In this document: in pieces, positions 31,811 through 43,400 of the stretch | Numbering within the stretch: the stretch's first letter is position 1 | Layout of the letters: each line of letters begins with the position of its first letter | Source of the DNA: Selaginella moellendorffii | Lineage: Eukaryota > Plantae > Lycopodiophyta | Direction of reading: 5' to 3' | Assembly (NCBI RefSeq): GCF_000143415.4 | Contig: NW_003314280.1 | Span: forward strand, 682,001-746,000 | Length of the DNA: 64,000 bases | Notes under the pieces: model-generated | What the model was told of the DNA's origin: nothing | Seen by the model: only the letters and a program-made list of their open reading frames with translations | The model's database searches: none | Position numbers and translations under genes: made by a program

Positions 31811-32630
31811 CTATTGCTTAATTTGCTAGGTGTCAAGAGTTTGTCGTTGTGAGGAGAGGAAATAACAAAACTGCTAATAAAAATACTAAAATAATGAAGA
31901 ATTTTCTTTTTATGATGAACATTGTGAGTATAAAGTCCTTAAAACCGTACTTTTCTAAAGGTTTTATAAATTAATTTAACTTCTAGCTAATCCAAAAACT
32001 TACTAGGTATAGGAATCTACATATGAAACTCATAGTGAGAATTTATTGTTAAACATATAAAACCAAAAGTTAGATCAATTGAAGAAAGAAAAAATTAAAG
32101 GAATTCTAAAATCACTATATATATATAGAGATGTATATCCTTTAATGTATCTTTATGTTTTAAAATTCTATGAATAATAATTTCAAATGATATTTTCATA
32201 AGAATACGACATATTTTCCTTAACCTGAAAAAAAATATTATATGAAATAAGTTATGATGTTTTTAAGAGTAGCATGTTAAGATGTATATGCATATATTAT
32301 GCAATAAGCTCAAAAAAAGACACATTTTATTTGACTCTATTACCAGTGTGAATTTTTATACCTTATATATATTTATATTTATTTAAATTATAATTTTAAA
32401 ATATTAATTAAATAAATTATTTTTATTTGAAAAAAACTTTAACTAATATTTTATAAAAAAATTAAAAAAATTTAATAGGTAAATATAACTAATAAATAAT
32501 AAACTAAAATGAAAAAGCTATTTTTTTATAAACTTTAATAGAGAGAACTATTCTTAAAAAATCTTAACATAAAGCTTTGAGAAAAGGAATAATGAAAATA
32601 ATTCTCAAAAAATTAATGTAATGTCTTTTA

Positions 32631-32633
<3 letters not shown>

Positions 32634-32700
<67 letters not shown>
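32634..32700. repeat. (TA)n microsatellite, insertion site of the LTR element (continues at 37711-37723)
   Basis: Direct reading. Confidence 0.95.
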
Positions 32701-32704
<4 letters not shown>

Positions 32705-32875
32705 AGGGCCAAGTGTACGGCTACGATGCCGTATACTAATATTAGCGTAGTGGATTTTGGTAGCCATCGGATTGGTTTCAATCCGGACCACTCGCTCCTG
32801 TATATAAGCTAGGGTTTTTGGGTTAATTGATATGCACATTTCTGTATTCCCTTTCCATATTCCATGCACTCACAT

Positions 32876-32893
32876 TGGTGGAGATGAGGGGCA
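32876..32893 (+). promoter_or_regulatory. Primer-binding site complementary to the tRNA-Ala 3' end
   Basis: TGGTGGAGATG-GGGG directly after the 5' LTR; complements ...CCCC.CATCTCCACCA; also at ~49484 in the old copy. Confidence 0.75.
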
Positions 32894-33107
32894 CCTTTGA
32901 TTGTCCCTTGGGAGTGCTTGGATTTGGGATTTCGGTTTAGATCTAGCTTTTGCATTGTCTAGATCTAGCTTTTTCCATTTCCTTTCTTTTGTTCTTTCCT
33001 TTCAGGATTTTGGTTTAGATCTAGCTTTTTGCATTATCTAGATCTACCATTTCTTTCTAGCTTTTTGTCATTTCTCTTCTTTTGCTCTTTCTTTCTCATT
33101 CATTTTC

Positions 33108-34040
33108 ATGGCCGATCCGCAATCTCCTCCTTTGACTCTAGAGCAGCAGTTGGTTCAATTGCTTGATGCTATGCGCCTGCAATTGAACAACCAAACTCAG
33201 TTGATGGCGGCGTTCACGGCACATGGTACAACTCCTCCTGCTTTTGGTGCCAATCCTCGCGTTCGGCCGGAGTTCTTTCGTGGGAATCCTGGGGATGCTG
33301 TGTACCATTGGTTCGATCACTTCACGGTGATTGCCACATATCATTCTTGGGATGATGCTCGGCGTTTGCGTGAGTTCCCCACATGTCTTCAAGGGACGGC
33401 ATTGTAGTGGTACAATGGATTGAGCGCAGCTACTCGTGGCGATTGGAGTGTTCTTCCGGACGTCTTCAAACGCGCCTTCGGACACACCGACGATTGTGAT
33501 GATGCCTTCCAACAATTGCATCGTCTTCGCCAAGGGCCATCTGAGTCGGTGATGCAATTTGGCGTTCGTTTCCGAAGTCTTTTGCTTCGTGCGGAGCCAA
33601 ATATGTCGGAGCGGATCAAGCTAGGAATGCTGTGGCCAGCACTTCGTCAAGATTTTGTCGGACTTGTGCATGCACTTGCTCCTGCCACTCTTGACGATGC
33701 TCTTCGCTTGGCACAACGTTATGAGACGTCGCCTCTTCCACTTCTTGCTACACGTCCTTCAGCTCCACTTCCTATGAGTGATGGTCCTGTTCCCATGGAG
33801 GTTGATGCTGCTGCTACTCGAGTCCAAGGACAAGGGCGAGGACGTGGTCGTGGCCGTGACATTCGTTGCTGGGCGTGTGATGAAGTTGGTCATACTTATC
33901 GGCGTTGTCGGTGCTTTCCGGATTGGCGACCTCCATTTCCTGGGTGGAGACCTTGGCGTCAGCAACGTCCCGTTGGTGCTGCTGCGGTGGAAGGTTTGGA
34001 TACCGAGGTGCATTCGGGAAACGAGGAGTCGCGCGAGTAA
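33108..34040 (+). pseudogene. gag with in-frame TAG at 33405-33407
   Basis: RPEFFRG, retrotransposon gag core, PVPMEVD, zinc knuckle CWACDEVGHTYRRC. Confidence 0.9.
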
Positions 34041-34079
34041 TGGAGGGACCTTGCGCGAATAAGTTAGTGACCCCTCCAT
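34016..34079 (+). promoter_or_regulatory. -1 programmed ribosomal frameshift signal (G GGA AAC + H-type pseudoknot)
   Basis: Heptamer in gag phase, 6-nt spacer, stem 1 34029-34037/34050-34058, stem 2 34040-34047/34072-34079; pol is in the -1 frame. Confidence 0.8.
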
Positions 34080-37000
34080 CTTTCTTTCGGGAGTATCATC
34101 AAGGGGTTCACTCGGCACCGGTTCATCCAGTGTTTACTTTCCAAGCTCGTTTTTATAACAAGAGGTCTCCTATTCTTCTCTCCGTGTTGGTTGATATAGG
34201 TTCGAGTTTATCTTCTATTGCTCGACCTGTTGCCACACGTTGTCGTCTACACTTGCGTCGTGTGGCGGATCCAGTTTTCATTCTTTATGGCAACGGCCGT
34301 ACACATGCATGTGCACGAGATGAGGCGGACCTGGTTGTGCGTGTGGGCGATCTCGAGCTTGAGTTGCAGTCGTTGCGGGTGGTGCCGAGTCAAGCTTTTG
34401 ACCTCATTCTTGGTATGGATTGGTTGCAGCACAATCATGCCAAGTGTGACTTTGAGGCTTTTCCCCCTTGTCTCATACTTCCTTATGTTTCATCCATTCC
34501 TCTCACTTCTGTACCTCTTCGTCCCTCTACTTCTACCTCTGCTTCCATTACTTTTGTTCCCCCATTATTTCCTCTTGTGTTTCCATCTTGTTCTGCTCTT
34601 CCCTTTTCCGATCCCTCCGATGATCTTTGTGTTGCAGCTGTTGATCAGCTCATGAAGGAGTATTCTGATCTCTTTGAATTTGACCTATCGTCAGGGGCCA
34701 AGATTGCCAGACGTCATCCCATTCCAACCGGGGATGCTCGTCCAATCAAGGTTCCTATTCGTCGGCGGTCACCCAAGGAGATCAAGATTTTACGTGCAAA
34801 CGTCAAGGAGATGTTGGAGAAGGGTGTTATTCGGAAGTCGCGGAGTCCTTGGGCATGTGAACCTCATCTTGTGATGAAGCCTGATGGGAGTATTCGTTTC
34901 TGCATCGACTATCGTCCGTTAAATGAAGTGACGATCCCGGACGTGTACCCTCTTCCTCACACTGCTGATCTCTTGGATCGTCTGGGGCGAAGTCGTTGGT
35001 TCACCAAGCTAGATCTTGCTTCTGGGTATTGGCAAGTACCGATGGCTGAAGACGATATTCCTAAAACTGTTTTTCGTACACCATTTGGTTTGTACGAGTT
35101 TTTGGTGATGCCGTTTGGTTTGAACAATGCTCCAGCAACTTTTCAGCGAATGATGGACGAGGTTCTTTGCGATATGCCAGAGGTGACGGCTGACTTCATT
35201 GATGATGTCTTGATCCACTCGGAGGGGACGTGGGAGGAGCATGTTCGTGATGTTTGTAAAGTGTTGGATCGGCTACGCGACGTTGGTTTAAAGCTGAAGC
35301 GGTCGAAGTGCGTGTTTGGGTCCAAGGACACAACTTATCTTGGGTACCGTATTTCTCGTGAGGGTTTGCAAGTTGATCCTGACAAACTTGTGGCTGTTCT
35401 AAAGTTCCCTACTCTGAAGTGTGTGAATGATGTGCAGCGCTTTTTGGGTAAGGTGCAGTATCTCGGTCGTTTTGTGGATCATCTTTCCGATCGCACTTTA
35501 CCATTGCGAGCATTGCTGAAGTCATCAACGTCATCTTTCATCTGGTCTCCCGATTGTGAGCGGGCGTTCGTGAATCTCAAAGAGCTATTGACGACTCCTC
35601 CGGTTTTGGCATATCCTGACTACACTCGACCTTTTATTTTGCGCGTGGATGCTTCTGACATTGGTCTTGGAGGTGTGTTGATGCAAGAGAGCTCGAGTGT
35701 GCCTGGTCAGCGCCATCCCATTGCATACATAAGCCGTACATTACAACCAGCGGAGATGAACTACTCCACGACGGAGAAGGAGTGTTTAGCAGCAGTCTGG
35801 GGTTTCGAGAAACTTCATGCCTATCTACATGGTTCTCGGACGTTACTTGAAGGTGACCATGCTGCTGTTACTTCATTATTGAAGTGGAAGAACCTGGTTG
35901 GTCGTACGGCTCGATGGGCTTTGAAGCTTCAGATATATGATTTCGATGTTGTTCATCGCCCAGGGAGTTCTATGGCTGATGCTGATGCCCTTTCTCGAGC
36001 TCCTCTTCCTTCTCCACTCACTTCTCATGTTTCTGATGAACCTGTTGTTCCAGCATCTGTGGATTTTCTAGATGAGGATTCTGTGCTGTCGGCGGTTGCT
36101 GTCCTTGACGTTCAGTGTCCACAGGGCGTAGAGCAAGATCTACCTTCTCTGGATGAGGTTCGCGAGGCTCAAAAGATTGAGCCGTGGATTCGAAGGCTTC
36201 GAGATGGGTTTGAGAATCCTGCATCACTTGCTGATGACTTGCCTTTTCGGCATTTACATTCTCAATATCGCCTTGAAGATGGCCTTCTTTATTTTGTGGG
36301 GACGGATCCTGATGCTCATTTACGGCTGGTGGTGCCTTCGGTGTTTATTCCGCGGTTTCTCCATGCCTACCATGATTCTCCTATTCTAGGTGGGCATATG
36401 GGACACCATCGTGTCACCGAGAAGTTGCGCAGATCTTTCTATTGACCAGAGATGCGACGTGATATTATCCGGTATGTGCGTAGCTGCGTTTGGTGCCAAG
36501 CTCGTAATACTCCCCCTTGTGCTGCGGAAGGACGGTTGGAGTCAATCGCAGTTTCTCGTCCATTTGAGTTAGTGGCGTTTGATCTTATGGGACCTTTTCC
36601 GCGATCGACTGCTGGCAATGAGTATGTTATTATTGCTTCTGACTACTTGACTCGTTGGGTGGAAGTTGGTGCTCTTGCTAGTGCCTCTGCAACTGCTGTT
36701 GGATACTTCCTCCTCAATCGAGTGGTGTTCCAGCATTCTTGTCCAGAACGGATTCTTTCGGATAATGGTCCTGCATTTATGGCTGAGGTATTTCATGTTT
36801 TGACATCTCGGTTGGGGATACGCCACACTTTTACGAGTGCTTATCATCCACAATCAGACGGTCTGGTGGAACGGCTCGTTCGGACATTCAAAGGGATGAT
36901 TGCGAAGTATGTGAACTTTCAACATTCGGATTGGGATGGTTATTTGCCGTCTCTTCGGTATGCTTATGTCACAGGGGTGCAGAGTTCTGTTGGTGCTTCA

Positions 37001-37504
37001 CCATATAAACTTCTATATGGTCATGATCCAATATTACCAACAGAGCTAGGTTTACCTTCGCGATTGCCACGAGCTCCTGATGCTAGGTCATGGGATCAAT
37101 ATTTGACAAGCATTCTTCCACTTGTCCGAGCAGAGTCTGCTGAACACTTAGGCCGCGTACAAGTGGGACAACAACGGCGCTACAATTCCCATCATCGTCC
37201 ACCAGCGGAGTACAAAGTGGATGATTTGGTGTTAGTCCGTTTTCCCCATCTTACGGTACGTGGTTTATCTAAGGGGCTCCTTGCGCAGTGGAAAGGACCG
37301 TATCGGGTGTTGCGGCAAGTTGGACCACAAGTTTATGAGGTTCGGCATGACGTTCAGCAGGCTGATCCTCCGGAGATTGTGCATGTGCAGCGGTTAAAAC
37401 GCTTCATACAGAGGGATCAGGAGCAGTTAATACCGTCTACAGATCCACCGATGCCTCCTCCTGACGTTCCTCCAGATCCTGGCCCATCTACAAGAGAACC
37501 CTAA
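34016..37504 (+). pseudogene. pol (PR-RT-RNaseH-IN) with in-frame TGA at 36443-36445
   Basis: VLVDIGSS protease, LDLASGYWQV, MPFGLNNAPATFQR, FIDD, DASDIGLGGVL, HHCC, SDNG, GLVER, GPY motif; no chromodomain. Confidence 0.92.
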
Positions 37505-37799
37505 CGGCCTTCCATTATTCCGAGAGGAGGGGATGATGTGAGGGCCAAGTGTACGGCTACGATGCCGTATACTAATATTAGCGTAGTGGATTTTGGTAGC
37601 CGTCGGATTGGTTTCAATCCGGACCACTCGCTCCTGTATATAAGCTAGGGTTTTTGGGTTAATTGATATGCACATTTCTGTATTCCCTTTCCATATTCCA
37701 TGCACTCACATATATATATATATGGAAAAATTATACATTAAATACACTAAATACTTTTTAAAAATTTATCTTGATTCTTACTGATTTATTAAGAAATAT

Positions 37800-38216
37800 C
37801 TAACAATTTAATTTAGTAAGTGTAATATCACTTGAAATATCTAGAGATAAATCAGTTCTTATTGGCTCAATTCTTACATTTAATGACCCATTATTCAGAT
37901 ATACACTTCCACCTCTTCTAGAAGGTGTTATGCATTTATCCCATATTATATTCAAAGCTTCATTTAAATCATTTGGAGTCATGTTACTATGTATCCCAAT
38001 ATAGGCAGTTACTTTTGTAAGACCACGAGTAAAAGATATTCTTCCTGTTCTATTTTGATTAAGAGCATGAAAAATATCATTTTCACAATTACAAATGTCT
38101 AATTCAGAAGCTTCTAAATGATAAGATGTACACATCCATCTATATCCATCACTCATTGAGTAAATTTTGTTTACCAGATAAGATAAATAAAAAATCAGTG
38201 AACAATATTTCTTCAT
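37800..38216 (-). CDS. Putative secreted small Cys-containing protein, copy B (138 aa)
   Basis: Intact ORF; ungapped paralog of 30840-31256 with 5 shared Cys. Confidence 0.75.
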   Translation of the reverse strand: MKKYCSLIFYLSYLVNKIYSMSDGYRWMCTSYHLEASELDICNCENDIFHALNQNRTGRISFTRGLTKVTAYIGIHSNMTPNDLNEALNIIWDKCITPSRRGGSVYLNNGSLNVRIEPIRTDLSLDISSDITLTKLNC

Positions 38217-38357
38217 TTCAAAACATAATTACCAAATAACATAAATACATAAAGACATATATATATATATATATATATATAGCTTCTGGTGGTAAAACCA
38301 AGACTAGAAGAATATTCTAACAAGAAGATATAAATCAGTCATACATCCCCTACTTAC

Positions 38358-39200
38358 CTTATACATGTTAGAGAGCTAGACATAGGATCCAGCAACCTGT
38401 GGATCTAGCTCCAGTATCCTTTGGGCAATTCTTTCACCCTTTTCTAAGTTCTGATGCATTTGGCAAGCACTAAGAAGAGTGTTCCATGCTGTGGCAGAAG
38501 GTGCCCCATCAAGTAGCACCCCAAATCAGCCATACACATGTAGTGCTCAAACTTGCCCACCACTACAAAGTTATCCCTCATCGACAAAAAAGTGCTGCCA
38601 CCCCTGCTCGAAAAGCCCAGCATGGCTGCAAGCAATCAATATGATTACAAATGTTATATTGTTGGGTGGACAGCCATTGTTCACCAAAAGAGCTCCAATG
38701 CTGCAGTGTTTGATCCATGCTTGCAGTAGGTGGTGAGCATGGTGTTCCAAGAGATGATTTTGGAACCTTGGATGTTCTAGAAGATCTCTTGAGTGCTAGC
38801 AAGTCTCAGCAAGACACTTGTTGTACATGGTGATGAGTGTGTTGCACATGACGATGTCCAACTCCACCCTATGCTGGCTGGTGGAGTAGCCCAAGTCTCC
38901 AATCTTCACACATGTCTTTGTGATCATGATGAATGCTATGTTGTTCTAAATCCCTGTGGAGCCAAAGGTGCTCATCTTGCAACAACCCAGCTTGCTACTT
39001 CAGTAAATGAGGCTGAGTATTGATGTGACTTGGTCATGCATTTAACCAAAGATCACAGCTCGAACACATTGTTTTCATCAGGGACTCACAGTTCATCATC
39101 TGTCAACTTAATGGCAAATACCAGGTTTGGAAGGTGTGAGGAATGTGGCTGCTACTGCAGCTTCTGGATCACAATCTACAGAACTCACCAGATTTTCTTG
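38358..39200 (-). pseudogene. Decayed PLS-E PPR gene
   Basis: FLSMRDNFVVVGKFEHYMCMAD and TAWNTLLSACQMHQNLEKGERIAQRILELDPQVAGSYV*LSNMY with stops and frameshifts; upstream boundary approximate. Confidence 0.75.
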
Positions 39201-40260
39201 GCACCAAGATTGACTGGATTGTGAATCTAAATGCTAATCTTTACTAGTTGGTTTCTTAGGCAAAACACCCTGTCAAAGAAAGCTGTAGGAGGAATCTAGT
39301 CCTCAAATAAAGAAGCAGGACTGACCATGTGATCACTCACCACCTAGTCTTGAAATAAAGAGGCTGGGCTGTTCTCACTCACAATTGTTGTTCCCACTTC
39401 AAAAGTGGCAAACACCATATGCTACACATACTGCATTGGTGTACCATGTTGAAGTCCTTGAGATAGAACTACAACTTAGGGAAGATCCTCTAGATAAGAT
39501 TCATGAAAAATGATATTGTCAAAAAATCCTCCACTTGGAAGATCTGCAACTCTTGAAGTTGGCCATCAACTTAATATTTAGTAGATGTGAGTTGCTAAAA
39601 TATTGGATCTTTTGCCAAGCAGGCTTGATATTGTCTATAAGAATGACCTGGTGGGTGATGCTATCTATAGGAACATTTGGAAGCTGAAAATAGTCCTAGG
39701 CAAATATATCCTTGTACCTCTAAAAAATCTTTAATAGTCGTGTCACATATACAGGAGGAAAAGTATATGCGATCAAGATACTAGTGAAGTGGACCTTATG
39801 GACTCTAGAATCTAGAGCTAGAGGTGTCTCAAGATCAGGAGAGTGTGGCCATTCTCTACTGAAGAAACAAAAGAAGAGCCTTTCTCCTTCTTGATATGTA
39901 TCATTACAGCTTGGAGATTCTATACTTCTAGGACACTCTAAAAGTTGACCTATTGGAAGTATCCCTTGAGATCCATGGCATGTTGCCAAAGGTCTCTAAA
40001 ATTGTTGGAGATTGAGAAATGGTTGGTGAAAAGTTGATGACAAGATGAAGCATGCATTATCTTTATCCTCCTCAACAATATAAATGGAATGTTTATTTCA
40101 CATAAGGGTGTACATTCAATGAGGTTGGTAAAGAGATAGAGATGGATATGACAAGACAAGAGTTCTCATTTCTAGGGCCTTAAAACTTGGGGATTTTTCA
40201 TAGTAAGAGGAAAGGCATTCTTCTCTTTAGAATGAGGTATCAATTAAGTTGTGTGGCGAT

Positions 40261-40507
40261 CAACCAACAAAAAAGCAAGAATAAAGCTTAAAGATGTGGA
40301 TTCAAATTTATATATTTTTTTGTAAAATACAAATGCCTAAAACCTAAAATAGAGCTGAAGGTGTGCCATTTGGTAGTATCTAAAGCAAAAGTCCAACAAT
40401 ATTCAACCAACAAAAGAGCAAGACTAAAGCTTAAAGATATGGATTCAAGCTTATATATTTTTTGTAAGACATAGCTCCTTTTAAGTCCCAAAATAGAGTT
40501 GAAGGTG
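40261..40507. repeat. Two ~100-bp imperfect direct repeats (period ~143)
   Basis: caaccaacaaaa...aaagcttaaagat.tggattcaa...aaaatagag.tgaaggtg occurs twice. Confidence 0.75.
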
Positions 40508-40670
40508 ATTAATAAGTTTTAAAAAAGGGATAAAAGACATGTGGCAAGTGTTGTAACATATGGAAGTGTCGAAATCAAGTCCAAGGTCAACTCTAAAATC
40601 AAGTCTAATGCCAAGTCCAAAATGGGGTACAATCAAAGTCTAAAATCAAGCCCAAAATCGAGTTTGAGCA

Positions 40671-40733
40671 AACATAAGGACACTTAACCCTAAATATTCT
40701 AAAACCTTTAACTGATTGGAAAAGGGGGTGAAC
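40671..40733 (-). mobile_element. Degenerate Cassandra LTR fragment
   Basis: aaggacacttaaccctaaatattctaaaacctttaactgattggaaaagggggtg matches the TRIM LTR at ~51208-51270. Confidence 0.65.
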
Positions 40734-40971
40734 AATCATCTTCTAAACCCTAAGTCTTAACAGGATAGTAAAGGGAGGGAACCAATGTGACTAAAGAAAA
40801 TCATACCCATATATGTAATGAACCAAACTCCCTGAGGAATAATAGGCTAAATAATCCTCAAAATCATAATCGGAACGATAATAGTTCATCAGATAAGAGC
40901 AAGTCTGGGATCCTCAGATCGACCGCAGCAGCAGCTGCCTGCGTCGCCGGTTTTGAGGGTCACCTTTTTTT

Positions 40972-41071
40972 NNNNNNNNNNNNNNNNNNNNNNNNNNNNN
41001 NNNNNNNNNNNNNNNNNNNNNNNNNNNNNNNNNNNNNNNNNNNNNNNNNNNNNNNNNNNNNNNNNNNNNNN
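40972..41071. other. Assembly gap (100 N)
   Basis: Run of N. Confidence 1.
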
Positions 41072-43400
41072 GAGGTTAAAGACTCAATTTTGAAAGAACT
41101 CTTTAGTGGTGTTTCCTAACCGAATTGAGGTTGTTAGTGACCTTGAGTGGGAATGAGTATGGACTTGGGGGCCACAAACAAGGCTTTCAAAGGAAGTGCT
41201 CAAGAGTAACTCCCACTCCTAGAAGGAAAACTAATTGTGTTACTCCTAACTCATATGGAGTGGTGCCCCATTTGAATACTAGGCAGTTTATTGGTCCTTA
41301 TTCCTTCCTAAGGGCTTAGGCTTTCCCTTTAGGATGGAAGTGGGGGAGTAGGGGTATCCATATTAGACCAGTAAGCCATAGTGTTTCCCTCTAGGGTTTT
41401 GAAGTAAGAGATGCATCTAAGGTTTGAGATTTGGAGGTTTCTATAATCAAGTATTGTTGTATCAAGGGATGTTAAAAATCTAAAAGCTTAATATGCTTGG
41501 TTTGCTTGGTTGTGTAAGAATTAAATTTTCCATTTTACTTTAGTCACTTAACCATATCTCCGACCACTTGGAGGAGTCACTCACAACCTTCATAAATCCT
41601 ATTCCAGACTTGAAGCTTGCTAACCCCGTGTGGAATGGAGAAAAGAGAAGAGCTGCATAGGATTGGCATGTGGCTAGATAAGAGCCTCATGAATGCCTCT
41701 CAAACCACTAAAAGTGCCCATGCCAAAATTTATGACTCAAAAGAAAGAGCAAAGCAAGGCACACATTATGCAATAAATAATAGTGAAAATGAATTTTAGA
41801 CACTCGAGAAATTGGTGCTCAAATATTGCTATACCATGGGAAAGAAAGAAACTAAAGCATAATTGGCAAGAAACAATTAAAATGCACAAATCTGGATGAT
41901 GGGCAGCTCTATCTGTGTCTTAAATGCCCAAAGAGGAATGAAAACCGAAAGAAAAATGGTGAGAACTCCTTCATCCTTCCAAAAATCACAAACGCTCATA
42001 GTCATTGGAAAGAAGGGCCTAATATCTACACACCCAAAGAAAGAGAACGTGAGATGCCAATAAAATTTTCTCCTTTTTCTTTGATCCATTTGAGGTGATG
42101 AACCATAGCTCCAAGTAGATGAAATCTCATTCCCACACTCAGAAGTCTTTCCATGGGGGTAATTCCTACTTCTCTTAGCTTATCCCTCTCCAAGATTGCC
42201 ACTCCAAACCCTATAGATCTTCTCCCTCAATCAAGAAATGCTCCAGAAAAAAAAGAAGGCAGGAGTCACACTAGATTCACCATATTGAGGTATGGAACCT
42301 CAATCCCCCTTCTCTTTGTGGCTCTACTCACGTCCTAAGCTCTCTCTCTCTATGCTCTAGTTCAGAGATTGAGACCGAGACTGAGACTGAGACTGAGGCC
42401 AAGACCGAGATCAAAATCGAGACTAGTTTAAGACCGAGTCCTAATCCCAATCCCAGTCCAAGTCCAAGATCAAATCCAAGTGCGGAAAGCCAATCGTCTC
42501 CTAGCACTTAGAAGTGTGGTGAGTCCCTATGGGATAATAAGGGGAGTACTCCTTGGCCAGGAAAGGGTAGTGTGACCAAGGAAGATTATACACATGTGAT
42601 AGGTGATGATATAACCACTATGATGTCCAAAGTTAAAGTGAACACAAATGGATAAGTGGGATAATTTAGTGAATCAAGAGTTGGCTCTAACTCCCTCAGG
42701 AGATCGGATGGTTGATGATCTCAATCCAAGTGTGGGTGGCACTATTTACTTGGATACCTTGCATGGCTCATTAGAACTTTGCTCTAGCCACATGGTTGGG
42801 GCACCTTAATGACAGAAGGTGAGAGGAGTACCCATTAAGACTTATATTAGATTGTAGTGTTTTGACATATCATTCTAAAATCTTTAACTATAGAAGGAAA
42901 GAGCAGTAATCCTCTTATTTAGTAAGCAAAGGTTTGATTACAGAGTGAGGAAGTTCCAAAAGTTAGTGGGGCTTAATAGGTGGGCCTTCAAGCCCTAAAC
43001 CAATGGTGGTGTTAGCAAATACTTCTATGGACAAAATGTGTCTTAAGGCATCTTAAGAATGCTAAAGTGTAATCATGGGATAACCACTCATGGATGGATA
43101 ACTCAGTCTTAAAAAGACAAATGGATAACTCAGTTTTAGAGAGACAAAACTATGTTGCAAAGTCTCATATACATGAAATTATGTTGTAGGTGGTTTTGGA
43201 CTATCAATAATGCAAAAGTGAATAAATAAAACTTTAATGTAATAAACTAAAATGTTAATGGTACTTTTAGGTGTTAGAAGTGATATTTAACATATGGAGG
43301 TGCAAAGCTGATGTAATCTTGGGGGTAAGAAAATCGTTACATGGTGAGGAACTTCAAGGCTAAGTGTTGTTTAGCACCAAAGTTATAACAAGAACTTAGA
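41072..43400. mobile_element. Highly degenerate repeat-derived sequence, possibly a retroelement remnant; hexamer array at ~42365-42480
   Basis: No long ORFs, CpG-poor, GAGAC(T/C) and CCAAGT arrays; family not identifiable. Confidence 0.35.

Larger units (their letters stand above)
32701..37710 (+). mobile_element. Full-length Ty3/gypsy LTR retrotransposon (no chromodomain), young
   Basis: 174-bp TG...CA LTRs at 32701-32874 and 37537-37710 with 1 mismatch; PBS TGGTGGAGATGAGGGG; PPT GAGAGGAGGGGA; order gag(CCHC)-PR-RT-RH-IN. Confidence 0.97.

Noticed and set aside
32564-32869. ORFs with YIYIYI runs and LTR antisense ORFs (also 37427-37705)
   Set aside because: Artefacts of the (TA)n tract and the LTR duplication
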